From Vicinamibacterales bacterium (GTDB lineage Bacteria; Acidobacteriota; Vicinamibacteria; Vicinamibacterales; UBA2999), in assembly GCA_050250875.1 (NCBI GenBank), contig JBFWNV010000002.1, positions 384,334 to 448,333 of the forward strand: DNA of 64,000 nt, read 5' to 3'. The translations under genes and the position numbers were made by a program. The notes under the pieces are model-generated. The model ran no database searches and was not told the DNA's origin. It worked only from the letters and a program-made list of their open reading frames with translations. Positions 51,183-59,938 of the stretch are shown here, in pieces. Position 1 is the first letter of the stretch, and each line of letters opens with the position of its first letter.

Positions 51183-53960
51183 TCAGTAGGCGGGGCCGAG
51201 CAGCACTGCGTTCATGAACAGCAGCATCGACGCCTCGGTGTAGGCGCGGTAGTTCGGGTCTTCGGCGAAGCCGATGACGTGGCCCTGGCCGAAGGGCTGA
51301 TGCATGAGGTAGGGCTTGCGCACCAGCAGGTCCTGCCCTTCCGGCCAGACCAGCCCGGAGGCGACCAGCCGATCCTTGGTGGCGTAGTAGGCGACGTTGC
51401 GGCCGGCGTTGAGCTTGATCGGCGCAAACACCCGGGCGCCTTCGATCACCACCTGAGTCTCGGCGTCGCTGCCGGCGCTCAGCCAGTGGTCGACGTCCAC
51501 CGTCGCCCGCAGGAGTGCGCCGGGCTGGGCGGCGGGCCGTTCGCGATCGGGCTGGATGGCCTTGTCGTAGGCGACATCATCGGGATTCGGGGCTCGGGGC
51601 TCGGGGCTGGGGCGGGACTCGGGCTTCGCTCCCTGGCCGGCCGGGCGGGCCGACGCGCTGTCGGACGCCCGCGGCTTCGCGGTCGTGCTCGGGGCCTGGG
51701 CTCCAGTCGTGCTCGCACCGCCGCCGGCGGGCGCGGCGCCGGTGGTCGCCGGAACGTCCGGCCGGCCGTCCTTCAGCAGCGCGTCGGTGTCGAGCAGGCC
51801 CACGCTGCCCCCGACGGCCCACCGCGTCGCCTCGGCCAGGGTCACCAGCGTGCCGCCGAGACGCAGCCAGTCCTTGAGGCGCGCCAGTACCGCATCGGAA
51901 ATCTGCCCGGCGTAGTTGCCCGAGGGCAGCACCAGGACGTCGTAGTCGGCGAAGTCGGCGCGGCCGAGCGAGGCGGTACGGACCGTCGTCACCGCCTGGC
52001 CGAAGCGGCGCTCGAGGACGTAGCGGGTCCACCCGGCGGAGAGCGACGAGGTCGGCTGATCCCAGGCCAGCAGCACCCGCGGCCGCTTGACGAAGCCGTT
52101 CTCCGGGCTGCCGAGCGACGTGCCGCCTTCGACGTAGGCCGAGTCGATCGGCACCACCTCGGCGCCGTGCGTCGACGCCAGCGCCGACATCCGCGCCTGC
52201 AGTTCGGCGGGATTGCCGGCCGTGCGCACGAGAGCGGTGCCGATCGGATACGACCGACCGGCCAGCGTGAACGCCCCGCCCACGCTCTCGACGCGGATCC
52301 CCTGGGCGACGGCATCCGCGGTGAGGGCCACCGCCGCCGCGCCCCACGGCACGAGATAGCCGACCTTGCCCGGGCCCACGGCGCGCGAGACGGCCGGCGG
52401 GTCGTAGCTCGCCGCAACCGGGCTCGTCGCAACGGCCAGAGCCGTGCCGCTGGTCGCCACCTCGACGTCGTAGACCAGCGGCAGGCTCCAGGCGGTGATG
52501 TCGTAGATCTGATCGTTCTGCCGCCGCGCCCGCCGCGCTTCCTGGCGGGCGATGAACGCCGCATCCTGCTTCGTGTCCGGGTCGAGCAGGTTGCGCACCA
52601 GCCGTGCCGCCGGCTGGGCGTTCGACACGAGGTAGGCGCCGGCGGGAATCGTGCGCGGGCCGAGTGTCACGGGCGCGCTGGCGCGGCGTACCTCGATGCC
52701 CTGTGTCGCCAGGTTGCGCGCCAGCCGATCGGCACGCGACGGATCGTGGCCGGGCACCAGGACGTACTCGCGCACGCTCGCCTTCTCGCCCTCGGCGACG
52801 GCGCTGCGGCGATAGTCGAGGAAGTCGCGCAGCAGCCGCTCGCGGTTGCGCGCGGCGGTGATCGCGGTGGTGATGGCGGCGTTGAAGTGGTGCATCACGC
52901 CGTCGCGGAAGGTCATCACCGTGCCGTCGGTGCGGGCAAACGACAACGCCCGCGCCGACGCCTGCTCGTAGGTCATGCCGATCGAGCCGTGGAACATCGC
53001 CCAGCTGTCGCCGTAGCCGGGGTAGAACCCGTCGTAGACCTCGCGGATGTAGTACGGCCAGCCGCGCTCGTCGAAACGGGCGGCGTTGGCGCGCCCGAAC
53101 AGGTCGAAGCCGGCGATCTGCGCCTTGGTGTAGTGCGGGTTGAGCGGATCGGCCGGCGGCGCGAAGTAGTAGGTGTTGTTGCCGCCCTGCTCGTGCAGGT
53201 CGACGTTGACCTGCGGGAAGTAGTCGAGGGCCACCTTGATGCGGCCGCGGGTCTCGGGCTGGGTCTGGGCGAACCAGTCGCGGTTCATGTCGAACAGATA
53301 GTGGTTCGAGCGCCCGCCCGGCCACGGCTCGTCGTGCTCGGCGTTGTAGGGGGCCGGATCGGGCACGGCGGCGCGGCCCTGCAGGTTCTGGAACAGGAAG
53401 CGGGCGCGGCCGTCGGGGTTCTGCATCGGGTCGATGAGCACCAGGGCGTCGCGCAGCACCGCGTCCACGCCGGCGTCGCCGCGCGCGGCCAGCAGATGGT
53501 AGGCCTCGAGCAGCGCCGCGTCGCTGGAGCTGATCTCGTTGCCGTGGACGCCGTGGACCAGCCAGACGACGACGGGCAGGGTGCCGAGGAGCCGGTCGGC
53601 GTCGGCCGCCGACAGCGTCCGCGGGTCGGCGAAGCGCTGGATGTCGGCCTTGACCTGGTCCAGGGCGCCGATGCGGGCGGCACTGCCGACGACGAACAGC
53701 CATAGCGGGCGCCCCTCCCATGTGCGGGCGTACTCGACCAGGCGGGTGCGATCCGGCGCCGCCTGGGCCAGCGCGCGCAGGTAGGTGGCCACCTGCTCGG
53801 GCGAGGTGATCTCCTCGCCGGGCGCGTGCCCGACGACCTGCTGCAGGGTGGGGATCTTCGGGTCGTATTGCGCCCCCGGCCAGAACGGCTCGGTCTGGGT
53901 CTGTGCGGCCGCGACGTGGGGGGTAAGGGCGAGAAGGAGGGCGAGCCACGAACAACGCAT
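51183..53960 (-). CDS. M14-family zinc carboxypeptidase, large (925 aa), secreted
   Basis: Signal peptide MRCSWLALLLALTPHVAAAQ. Zinc motif VHGVHGNEISS (HxxE) and MQNPDGR. Long C-terminal extension with a low-complexity linker. Confidence 0.85.
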   Translation of the reverse strand: MRCSWLALLLALTPHVAAAQTQTEPFWPGAQYDPKIPTLQQVVGHAPGEEITSPEQVATYLRALAQAAPDRTRLVEYARTWEGRPLWLFVVGSAARIGALDQVKADIQRFADPRTLSAADADRLLGTLPVVVWLVHGVHGNEISSSDAALLEAYHLLAARGDAGVDAVLRDALVLIDPMQNPDGRARFLFQNLQGRAAVPDPAPYNAEHDEPWPGGRSNHYLFDMNRDWFAQTQPETRGRIKVALDYFPQVNVDLHEQGGNNTYYFAPPADPLNPHYTKAQIAGFDLFGRANAARFDERGWPYYIREVYDGFYPGYGDSWAMFHGSIGMTYEQASARALSFARTDGTVMTFRDGVMHHFNAAITTAITAARNRERLLRDFLDYRRSAVAEGEKASVREYVLVPGHDPSRADRLARNLATQGIEVRRASAPVTLGPRTIPAGAYLVSNAQPAARLVRNLLDPDTKQDAAFIARQEARRARRQNDQIYDITAWSLPLVYDVEVATSGTALAVATSPVAASYDPPAVSRAVGPGKVGYLVPWGAAAVALTADAVAQGIRVESVGGAFTLAGRSYPIGTALVRTAGNPAELQARMSALASTHGAEVVPIDSAYVEGGTSLGSPENGFVKRPRVLLAWDQPTSSLSAGWTRYVLERRFGQAVTTVRTASLGRADFADYDVLVLPSGNYAGQISDAVLARLKDWLRLGGTLVTLAEATRWAVGGSVGLLDTDALLKDGRPDVPATTGAAPAGGGASTTGAQAPSTTAKPRASDSASARPAGQGAKPESRPSPEPRAPNPDDVAYDKAIQPDRERPAAQPGALLRATVDVDHWLSAGSDAETQVVIEGARVFAPIKLNAGRNVAYYATKDRLVASGLVWPEGQDLLVRKPYLMHQPFGQGHVIGFAEDPNYRAYTEASMLLFMNAVLLGPAY
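51587..51613. repeat. Heptamer array (TCGGGGC)x3 + TGGGGC inside the M14 coding sequence
   Basis: On the coding (minus) strand it reads (GCCCCGA)x3 and encodes the linker ...SRPSPEPRAPNPDD.... The unit length is not a multiple of 3. Confidence 0.85.
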
Positions 53961-53974
53961 GGCCGGGATTGTAC

Positions 53975-54085
53975 GGGGGTCAGACCCCTTTCAAGCCTGG
54001 GCTGGAAAAGACCGCAGAGTTCAAGGCCGGCCCAGAAAGGGGTCTGACCCCCATTCACGGCCGGACTGGAATGGGGTCTGACCCC
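53975..54085. repeat. REP-like element: three copies of GGGGTC-N-GACCCC, two of which form a perfect 18-bp inverted repeat (53975-53992 / 54035-54052); third copy at 54073-54085
   Basis: GGGGGTCAGACCCCTTTC pairs with GAAAGGGGTCTGACCCCC across a 42-nt loop. The third copy supplies the last 11 codons and the region before the stop of the upstream gene. Confidence 0.75.
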
Positions 54086-55782
54086 AGGCGTTCGCGCGCG
54101 GCCTCGGCCAGATCGGCGAGGCGGGCTCTCGTCGCCATCTTCTCGGCCAGCTCGAACTGCGTGCGGGCTTCGGCGGCGTGACCGCCCCGGGCCAGCGCGT
54201 CGCCGAACTTCAGCACCACGGCAACGACGGCGGCCGGTTCCGGCGGCGCCGTGCCCGACCGGGCCACCACTCGCTCCAGCCACGCGCGGTAGCCGCGTGC
54301 GGCGTCATCGGCGCGGCCCTGCTCGTCGAACAGCTCGGCCAGATACAGCTGCACGTGCGTCAGGCCGGGGTCGTGCGCCATCGCATCGGTCCAGTGGCGC
54401 TCGGCATCGGCCTGCCGCCCCTGCTGCCGCGCCAGCACACCGGCATTGACCAGCGTGTCGACGTCGTGCGGATCGCGGGCCAGGTTCGCCTCGAAGTGCG
54501 CGCGCAGCCCGGCCTCGTCGCCGCGCTCGGTCAAGGCGCGGACCAGACGGGCCTGCAGCGCAGCGTCATAAGGATTGACGCGAGCCGCCGCCGCCAGCGC
54601 CGCGGGGTCGGTGTCGCGCTGGGCCAGCTGATAGCGCCACTGGTCGAGCCCGGCCAGGGCCACCAGCGCCACGGCCGCCCCGGCCACGACGGGAATCCGC
54701 CAGCGCGGCACCGGCGCGCGCCTCGGCGCGACGCCGCCTGCCACGGCGTCGGCCGTGAGCGTGCGACCGACCCGGGGATCGCGCAGCTTCCACACCACGC
54801 CGTCGATCATGAAGTGGTGCAGGTTGACGACCGCGGTCACGATAAGCACGCTGGCCGTGAAGTCCACACGCCCGACGTAGCTGGCCAGCCACGGCACGGG
54901 CAGGAACAGCGCCAGGCCGCCGAGCCCCACCGCGGTCCAGTAGGCGCGGCTGCGCCACGCCGCGCCCTCATCGCGCCGGGCGAAGTACTGCGTGACCCAC
55001 AGATACTGCACCGAGTGCATCACGGCCAAGATGCCCGAGCTGTAGCGCGTCTGCGGCGTGGCGACGCCCGCCGCCCACGACAGGGCGATCGGCACGACGA
55101 ACCACAGCGCCTGCGTGACGAAGAGCAGCAGCGGCGCCGCGGCGCGGATGCCGGCGCCGGCGACGACCGGCCAGAGCGCCGGCAGCCCGAGGGCGAGAAA
55201 CATGGCCGCCGCCGTCCAGCCGACGGCGCGTGTCATCGTGGTCGGCAGGCCCAGCGACAGCACCGTCGGATCGGCCGACGGGCCCTCGTTGAACGCGGCC
55301 AGCAGCATGACGAACGAGGCGATGAAGGCCAGCTTCAGCCGCCGCGCCCTGGCCGGCGTGATCACGAGCCCGGCCCGGCGCACGAACATCATCAGCAGCC
55401 CGTAGTTCTGGCCGCTGTAGTGCCAGGGGCTCCACATCACGTAGGCGGTGAAGAGCACCGGCAGCAGCCGCAGCTCGACGTGGGCGACCGCGCCCAGGGC
55501 GACCAGCGCGGCCGTCGCGTGCACGGTGTAGAGCCGATGGGCGCCGCGGTCGGCGGCGCCGTAGGCGCGATACACCGTCGCCATGTAGTGCGGGTAGTTG
55601 GCGACGAGCGCCAGCGCGTAGAAGGCACCGGCCCACTCCCGGGCGCTGTCGCCCGTCAGGGCGTAGGACCACGCCAGGAGGGGCAGCGACCAGCCGCCGC
55701 AGCCGACGACGAGATCCACCCAGGGGTGGGCGATCCAGTAGCGGGAGGGTGTCGACGGGTGGGCGGGCGGCGGGGTCACCAC
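54055..55782 (-). CDS. Polytopic membrane protein with conserved-looking histidine motifs fused to a C-terminal TPR domain
   Basis: About 9 hydrophobic segments carrying NYPHYMAT, SPWHYSGQNYG, MHSVQYLW and NLHHFMIDG. The C-terminal about 190 aa are TPR-like (NPYDAALQARLVRALTERGD..., DAERHWTDAMAHDPG...). Confidence 0.7.
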   Translation of the reverse strand: MVTPPPAHPSTPSRYWIAHPWVDLVVGCGGWSLPLLAWSYALTGDSAREWAGAFYALALVANYPHYMATVYRAYGAADRGAHRLYTVHATAALVALGAVAHVELRLLPVLFTAYVMWSPWHYSGQNYGLLMMFVRRAGLVITPARARRLKLAFIASFVMLLAAFNEGPSADPTVLSLGLPTTMTRAVGWTAAAMFLALGLPALWPVVAGAGIRAAAPLLLFVTQALWFVVPIALSWAAGVATPQTRYSSGILAVMHSVQYLWVTQYFARRDEGAAWRSRAYWTAVGLGGLALFLPVPWLASYVGRVDFTASVLIVTAVVNLHHFMIDGVVWKLRDPRVGRTLTADAVAGGVAPRRAPVPRWRIPVVAGAAVALVALAGLDQWRYQLAQRDTDPAALAAAARVNPYDAALQARLVRALTERGDEAGLRAHFEANLARDPHDVDTLVNAGVLARQQGRQADAERHWTDAMAHDPGLTHVQLYLAELFDEQGRADDAARGYRAWLERVVARSGTAPPEPAAVVAVVLKFGDALARGGHAAEARTQFELAEKMATRARLADLAEAARERLGSDPIPVRP

Positions 55783-55787
55783 CCGGC

Positions 55788-56756
55788 TTATCGGTCGAAG
55801 TACTCCACGATCTTCAGGGTCACCCGGCCCATGTGGTCCTCGGCCTCGCCGTAGTTGCCACGGATCTCGTTGAGGAAGAACGACACGACGATCGCCCCGC
55901 TTCGGGCGTAGATCACGCCGACGTCGTTGGCGAGCACGGGCGGGAAGTCGCCGGTCTTGTGGGCCACCGTCACCCCGGTGAGGAAGTGCGGCAGCCGCCG
56001 GGCCCCGGCCTGCTGGGCCCGCATCATCCGCAGCAGCTCGTCGGCCCCTTCCTTCGAGGGCAGGGCCCGGTTCTCGATCGCCTCCAGCATCCGCCCGGTG
56101 GCCCGCGGCGTGAGCTCACCCAGCCAGTAGGCACGGTCGCCGTTGGTCTTCGCATTGCGGTCGTCGGCGGGGGCCAGCGCGCCGTACTTGGCGAACAGCT
56201 CGCCGGTGGTCTGCGTGAGCTTCATCCCGCCGGCGTAGCCCGCCCGCTCGAGCCAGGCGTTCACACTGGCCACGCCGCCGACCTGCCCGATGGCCAGATC
56301 GGTGGCGGTGTTGTCGCTGGTGATGATCATCTGCAGCAGCACGTCGCGGATCGTCGGCTGCAGGCCGGCGTCGTGATACCGGAAGATGCCGGAACCGCCG
56401 CGCACGTCGGCGGGCCTGAGGGTGAGCCGGCGGTTCAGATCGAGCCGCTTCATCTCGGCCATCTCGAGCGCCTGCACCGCGACCGGGATCTTGATCACGC
56501 TGGCGCTGTTGAAGACCTCGTCGGCGCGCACGGCGCCTTCCTCTCCGGTCGTCAGATGCTTGACCCAGATGCCGGCGCGGGCCGGGATCGCCGGCAACTC
56601 GGCGTCGAGCAGCGCCTGCAGCGAGGCCGGACGCGCGGGCGGCGCCGCGGCCGGCGTCGACGGCGCCGGCGGCTGCGTGGGCGCCTGGGCGCTGCACGCC
56701 GCGGTGCCGACGACGAGGGCCAGAGCCATCAGGGTGCGCATCACGGATCTCCTCAT
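55788..56756 (-). CDS. Class A beta-lactamase-fold serine hydrolase, lipoprotein-type signal
   Basis: ATG 56756 overlaps the upstream stop (ATGA). MRRSVMRTLMALALVVGTAAC lipobox. SxxK (SVIK), SDN (TSDNTA) and KTG (HKTGDF) motifs. Confidence 0.8.
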   Translation of the reverse strand: MRRSVMRTLMALALVVGTAACSAQAPTQPPAPSTPAAAPPARPASLQALLDAELPAIPARAGIWVKHLTTGEEGAVRADEVFNSASVIKIPVAVQALEMAEMKRLDLNRRLTLRPADVRGGSGIFRYHDAGLQPTIRDVLLQMIITSDNTATDLAIGQVGGVASVNAWLERAGYAGGMKLTQTTGELFAKYGALAPADDRNAKTNGDRAYWLGELTPRATGRMLEAIENRALPSKEGADELLRMMRAQQAGARRLPHFLTGVTVAHKTGDFPPVLANDVGVIYARSGAIVVSFFLNEIRGNYGEAEDHMGRVTLKIVEYFDR

Positions 56757-58492
56757 CTCGCGGTCGTGAGGGCGTGGACCTCGAGCGCCGCGGTCAGCGC
56801 CATCGCGCCGCCCCGGTCGTCGGGACCGAACAACGCCGGGCGGTTGAGATAGTACTCGCGCGTGGCGTTCTGGCCGGCGCCGGTGCCGGTGCACACGTCC
56901 ACGAGGGCACCCGTATCGGACACGCGCGCGAGGACGGCGCGCCAGCCCTTGTCCACCACCTCGCGGTAGCTGCGATCCAGCCAGCCGAGGCGCACCCCGC
57001 GCGCCATCGCCGCCACCGTCATCGCCGTCACGGTGAACTCGCGGTAGGTGCCCGGTTCGTCCACCACCTGGTGCCAGGCGCCGTCGGCGGCCTGGTGCCG
57101 GCGCATCCCGTTCATCAGCCGCTGGAAGGCCGCGAGCACCTGCGGACGCGCCGGCCACGTCGCCGGCAGGTGCGTCAGCGCCTCCATCAGCCCGAATGCC
57201 GCGAAGCCATTGCCACGTCCCCAGGCGTGCGGGCCGCTCACGGCGTGGATGAACAGCCGGTCGTCGCGCTGCAGACGCGCCACATACGTGGTGAGCAGGC
57301 GGGCGACCGCGTCCGCGTACTTGGCCTCGCCGGTGGCGGCCGCGGCGCGAGCCAGCACCGAGGTGGCCATGAACATGTCGTCGGTCCATGCGGTGGCGAA
57401 GCGGACGATCTCGCCGTCGGTCTGGCCGAGGATGAAGTCGGCGGCCTTCCGCCCCAGCGCGAGCGCCTCGGCGTCCCGCTCCCGGCTCGCCAGATCGAAG
57501 AACGCCTGGTGGCCGGCCAGGCTGGTGAGGAGGTACGGCGCGGCGATGGCCGGCTTGCCACCCGAGAGGAACGGCTGCATCTGCTCGACCGCGCGATCGC
57601 GGTACTGCGGGTCGCCGGTGAGCGCCGACACCGTGAGCGCGCCGCTCCACGACAGCGCCGGGATGTAGCTCATGATCGGGTTGGCGGGATAGGCCCCCGC
57701 CAGGAGCCGCGCGACGGCGAGCGGTGTGCGCGCCTGGCGCGTGGTGAGGACGCGCTGCAGCGGCGAAGGCTCGGCTGGCGGACGGCGTTCGAGGAACTGG
57801 CGCAGTGCGGAAACGACGTCGGAAGTCGTTCCGGCGACCTGCAGCGCCGCGACCGGCGCCAGTCCCGACGGCGCGCCGATGCCGAGCGCGCCGGCGAACG
57901 AATCGGGGGCGGCAGCCGCCGCGCCGTCCACGATCCCTGTGGCCAGCGGGTTCGCACTCCACTGCAGCCGATCACCCCGACGGACGTCGATGACCAGGTC
58001 GGGGCCGACCATCGCGACCCAGCGCCAGAGATAGCGGGCCTCACGGTCCTGCGGCGCGTCGAAGAAGCCCTTCTCCGGCGGGAATGCCGGGACCGGGGCC
58101 GCTGCGGTCCCGGCCATGTCGCATCGCCCGGGAAGCACGCACGGCACCCCCGCCACCTGCCAGCGCCGGCGGTTGCTGCTCGCCGGCGTGGTGCCGGCGC
58201 TCCAGCGCAGCACGTCGAGCACGGCCGCGGTGCTGCCAGCCGTGCCATCGAGGCCGCCGACGATCACGACACGCCGTTGATTGGCTACTGGCGGTAGGGC
58301 CGGCTCGAGCGCGATGATGCGCCGGCCCTCGGCGGTGAGACCGATCGCCTCGACCGCGTACTGGTTGGCGCCGCCGGTGAGCGGCTGCAGCGTCGCGGTG
58401 ATCGCGTCGGGCGTCTGCGCCCCGGTCTGACCCGCCAAGCCACAGACGACGACCGCGGACGCGAGGAAGACCAAGCCAGGAGGACGGAGCAT
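56753..58492 (-). CDS. Secreted protein with C-terminal glycoside hydrolase family 88/105 domain and unknown N-terminal about 240 aa
   Basis: Signal peptide MLRPPGLVFLASAVVVCGLAGQTGAQ. GH88/105 signatures WTDDMFMATSVLARAA, WGRGNGFAAFGLMEAL, DGAWHQVVDEPGTYREFTVTAM and VCTGTGAG. Confidence 0.8.
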   Translation of the reverse strand: MLRPPGLVFLASAVVVCGLAGQTGAQTPDAITATLQPLTGGANQYAVEAIGLTAEGRRIIALEPALPPVANQRRVVIVGGLDGTAGSTAAVLDVLRWSAGTTPASSNRRRWQVAGVPCVLPGRCDMAGTAAAPVPAFPPEKGFFDAPQDREARYLWRWVAMVGPDLVIDVRRGDRLQWSANPLATGIVDGAAAAAPDSFAGALGIGAPSGLAPVAALQVAGTTSDVVSALRQFLERRPPAEPSPLQRVLTTRQARTPLAVARLLAGAYPANPIMSYIPALSWSGALTVSALTGDPQYRDRAVEQMQPFLSGGKPAIAAPYLLTSLAGHQAFFDLASRERDAEALALGRKAADFILGQTDGEIVRFATAWTDDMFMATSVLARAAAATGEAKYADAVARLLTTYVARLQRDDRLFIHAVSGPHAWGRGNGFAAFGLMEALTHLPATWPARPQVLAAFQRLMNGMRRHQAADGAWHQVVDEPGTYREFTVTAMTVAAMARGVRLGWLDRSYREVVDKGWRAVLARVSDTGALVDVCTGTGAGQNATREYYLNRPALFGPDDRGGAMALTAALEVHALTTAR

Positions 58493-58498
58493 CGAGTG

Positions 58499-59938
58499 CT
58501 ACTTCTCGACCCGGGCCAATGCCCAGACGTTCATCTGCAGGTAGTCGGCCGGCCCGGCATCGGGCAAGCCGAAGACGATGGTCTCGTAGCCGCCGCGAGG
58601 CAGGCCCACCTGGAACTGGCCGGGCGCGAGATAGCGCATCGGAAAATCGCGACCGAAGCGCTTCAGCGTCAGGCCGTCGCCATCACGAACGACCTCCAAC
58701 GTGAAGCGGCGAGGGTTGCTGTAGGTGCCGACGTAGCGTAGCGCCTGGTCGGACGGCAGAAACACGCCAGGTGACGGCGCGGGCTGCGAGCCCTCCGCGG
58801 CGAAACTGGCCGGCTTGCCGGTGGCGAGCGTCTGGCCGGCCTGCCGCGCGATCTCGGCGATCCGACCGGGGTTGACGCCGTCGCCGTTGGTCAGCACCAC
58901 GACGCCCGACCCCTCGGCGAACAACGCCAGCTGGGCAGCATAGCCCGTCATCGTGCCGCCGTGAAAGGCGGAGAGCAGCGGACCGGAGGTGACGGCCGGA
59001 TAGAGAAAGAGCCCCTGACCGTAATGCTGGCCCGTCGTGGCCACTCTCGCCGCGGACGCGCGCATCTGCGTCGCGACCCCCGCCGGCAGCGCCTGCCGGC
59101 CGTTGACCCGGCCGTCGTTCATCATCGCCACGAGGAAGCGCGCCAACTCGCTCGCACTCGAGTAAAGCGTGCCGGCCGGCCACAGCCGGGCGTCGTTGGC
59201 GAGCGGCCGCACCACCGTGAACTTGCCCTCCTTGTCGCTTCGGTGGCCGACGGCGAGCGGCCACGTCATCGCCTCGGTGGGGCGGAACGTCGTCCGCGTC
59301 ATGCCGAGGGGATCGAGGACGCGCGCCCGCATCACCTCGGCGAAGGGCTTCTTCTCGGCGTCCTGCAGCGCCAGGCCGGCCAGCGCGTACCCCGAGTTCG
59401 AATACGAGAAGGCGCGCCCTGGCGGCAGCAGGCAGTACTCGCTGGTCCAGGTGCGTTGATACGCCCCCAGACCATCCTCGCCTTGCGGCCCGAACTCGTC
59501 GGGCTCGTCGATGATGCCGCCGGTGTGCGACAGCAACTGGGCGAGCGTCGGCGCGCCGACGCACGGCGTCAGCCCAGACACATACGAGCGCACCGGCCGA
59601 TCGGGCGCGACGACGCCCTGTGTGCTCGCCGCCAGCACGGCGGCCGCGGTGAAGGCCTTGGTCACCGAGCCGATCTGGAACAGGGTGTCAGGCGTGACCG
59701 CTGCGTTCGTCTCGACGCTGGCGACGCCGAAGCCCTTGGCCCACACCACGGCGTCGCCGATCACGACGGCCACTGCGGCACCCGGCGCCCCGACCTTGGC
59801 CAGCTCGTCCCGAATGGCCGCTTCGAATCCACTGAGATCCGCCGGCGCAGCGGCGGCGCGCTGCGTCGCCGACAGCCCGTCGCCGGTCATGGCCAGGACG
59901 ACCAGACAGGCCGTGGAGGTGTACCCCCGGCGTGTCAC
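58499..59938 (-). CDS. Serine hydrolase, beta-lactamase/PBP fold (S12/class C-like), secreted
   Basis: GTG 59938 overlaps the upstream stop (GTGA). The N-terminus TRRGYTSTACLVVLAMTG is signal-like. SxxK (GSVTKAF) and YxN (YSNSGY). The track ORF (to 61108) is an out-of-context extension. Confidence 0.75.
   Translation of the reverse strand: MTRRGYTSTACLVVLAMTGDGLSATQRAAAAPADLSGFEAAIRDELAKVGAPGAAVAVVIGDAVVWAKGFGVASVETNAAVTPDTLFQIGSVTKAFTAAAVLAASTQGVVAPDRPVRSYVSGLTPCVGAPTLAQLLSHTGGIIDEPDEFGPQGEDGLGAYQRTWTSEYCLLPPGRAFSYSNSGYALAGLALQDAEKKPFAEVMRARVLDPLGMTRTTFRPTEAMTWPLAVGHRSDKEGKFTVVRPLANDARLWPAGTLYSSASELARFLVAMMNDGRVNGRQALPAGVATQMRASAARVATTGQHYGQGLFLYPAVTSGPLLSAFHGGTMTGYAAQLALFAEGSGVVVLTNGDGVNPGRIAEIARQAGQTLATGKPASFAAEGSQPAPSPGVFLPSDQALRYVGTYSNPRRFTLEVVRDGDGLTLKRFGRDFPMRYLAPGQFQVGLPRGGYETIVFGLPDAGPADYLQMNVWALARVEK

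Noticed and set aside
40925-53955. Other very long track ORFs (40925-43495 +, 43236-46307 +, 44320-46056 -, 46468-49413 + N-terminal part, 47137-49395 -, 50988-53705 +, 51577-53955 -)
   Set aside because: All are antisense or out-of-frame relative to well-supported genes (ADOP permease, DUF1592, DUF1552, ankyrin, M14). All show Arg/Pro/Gly-biased composition characteristic of non-coding frames at high GC.
55788-56756. Class A beta-lactamase-fold protein as an antibiotic-resistance gene
   Set aside because: The SxxK/SDN/KTG motifs show only the fold. The operon context (GH88, NHL, creatininase) suggests a catabolic hydrolase. Resistance cannot be inferred from sequence motifs alone.
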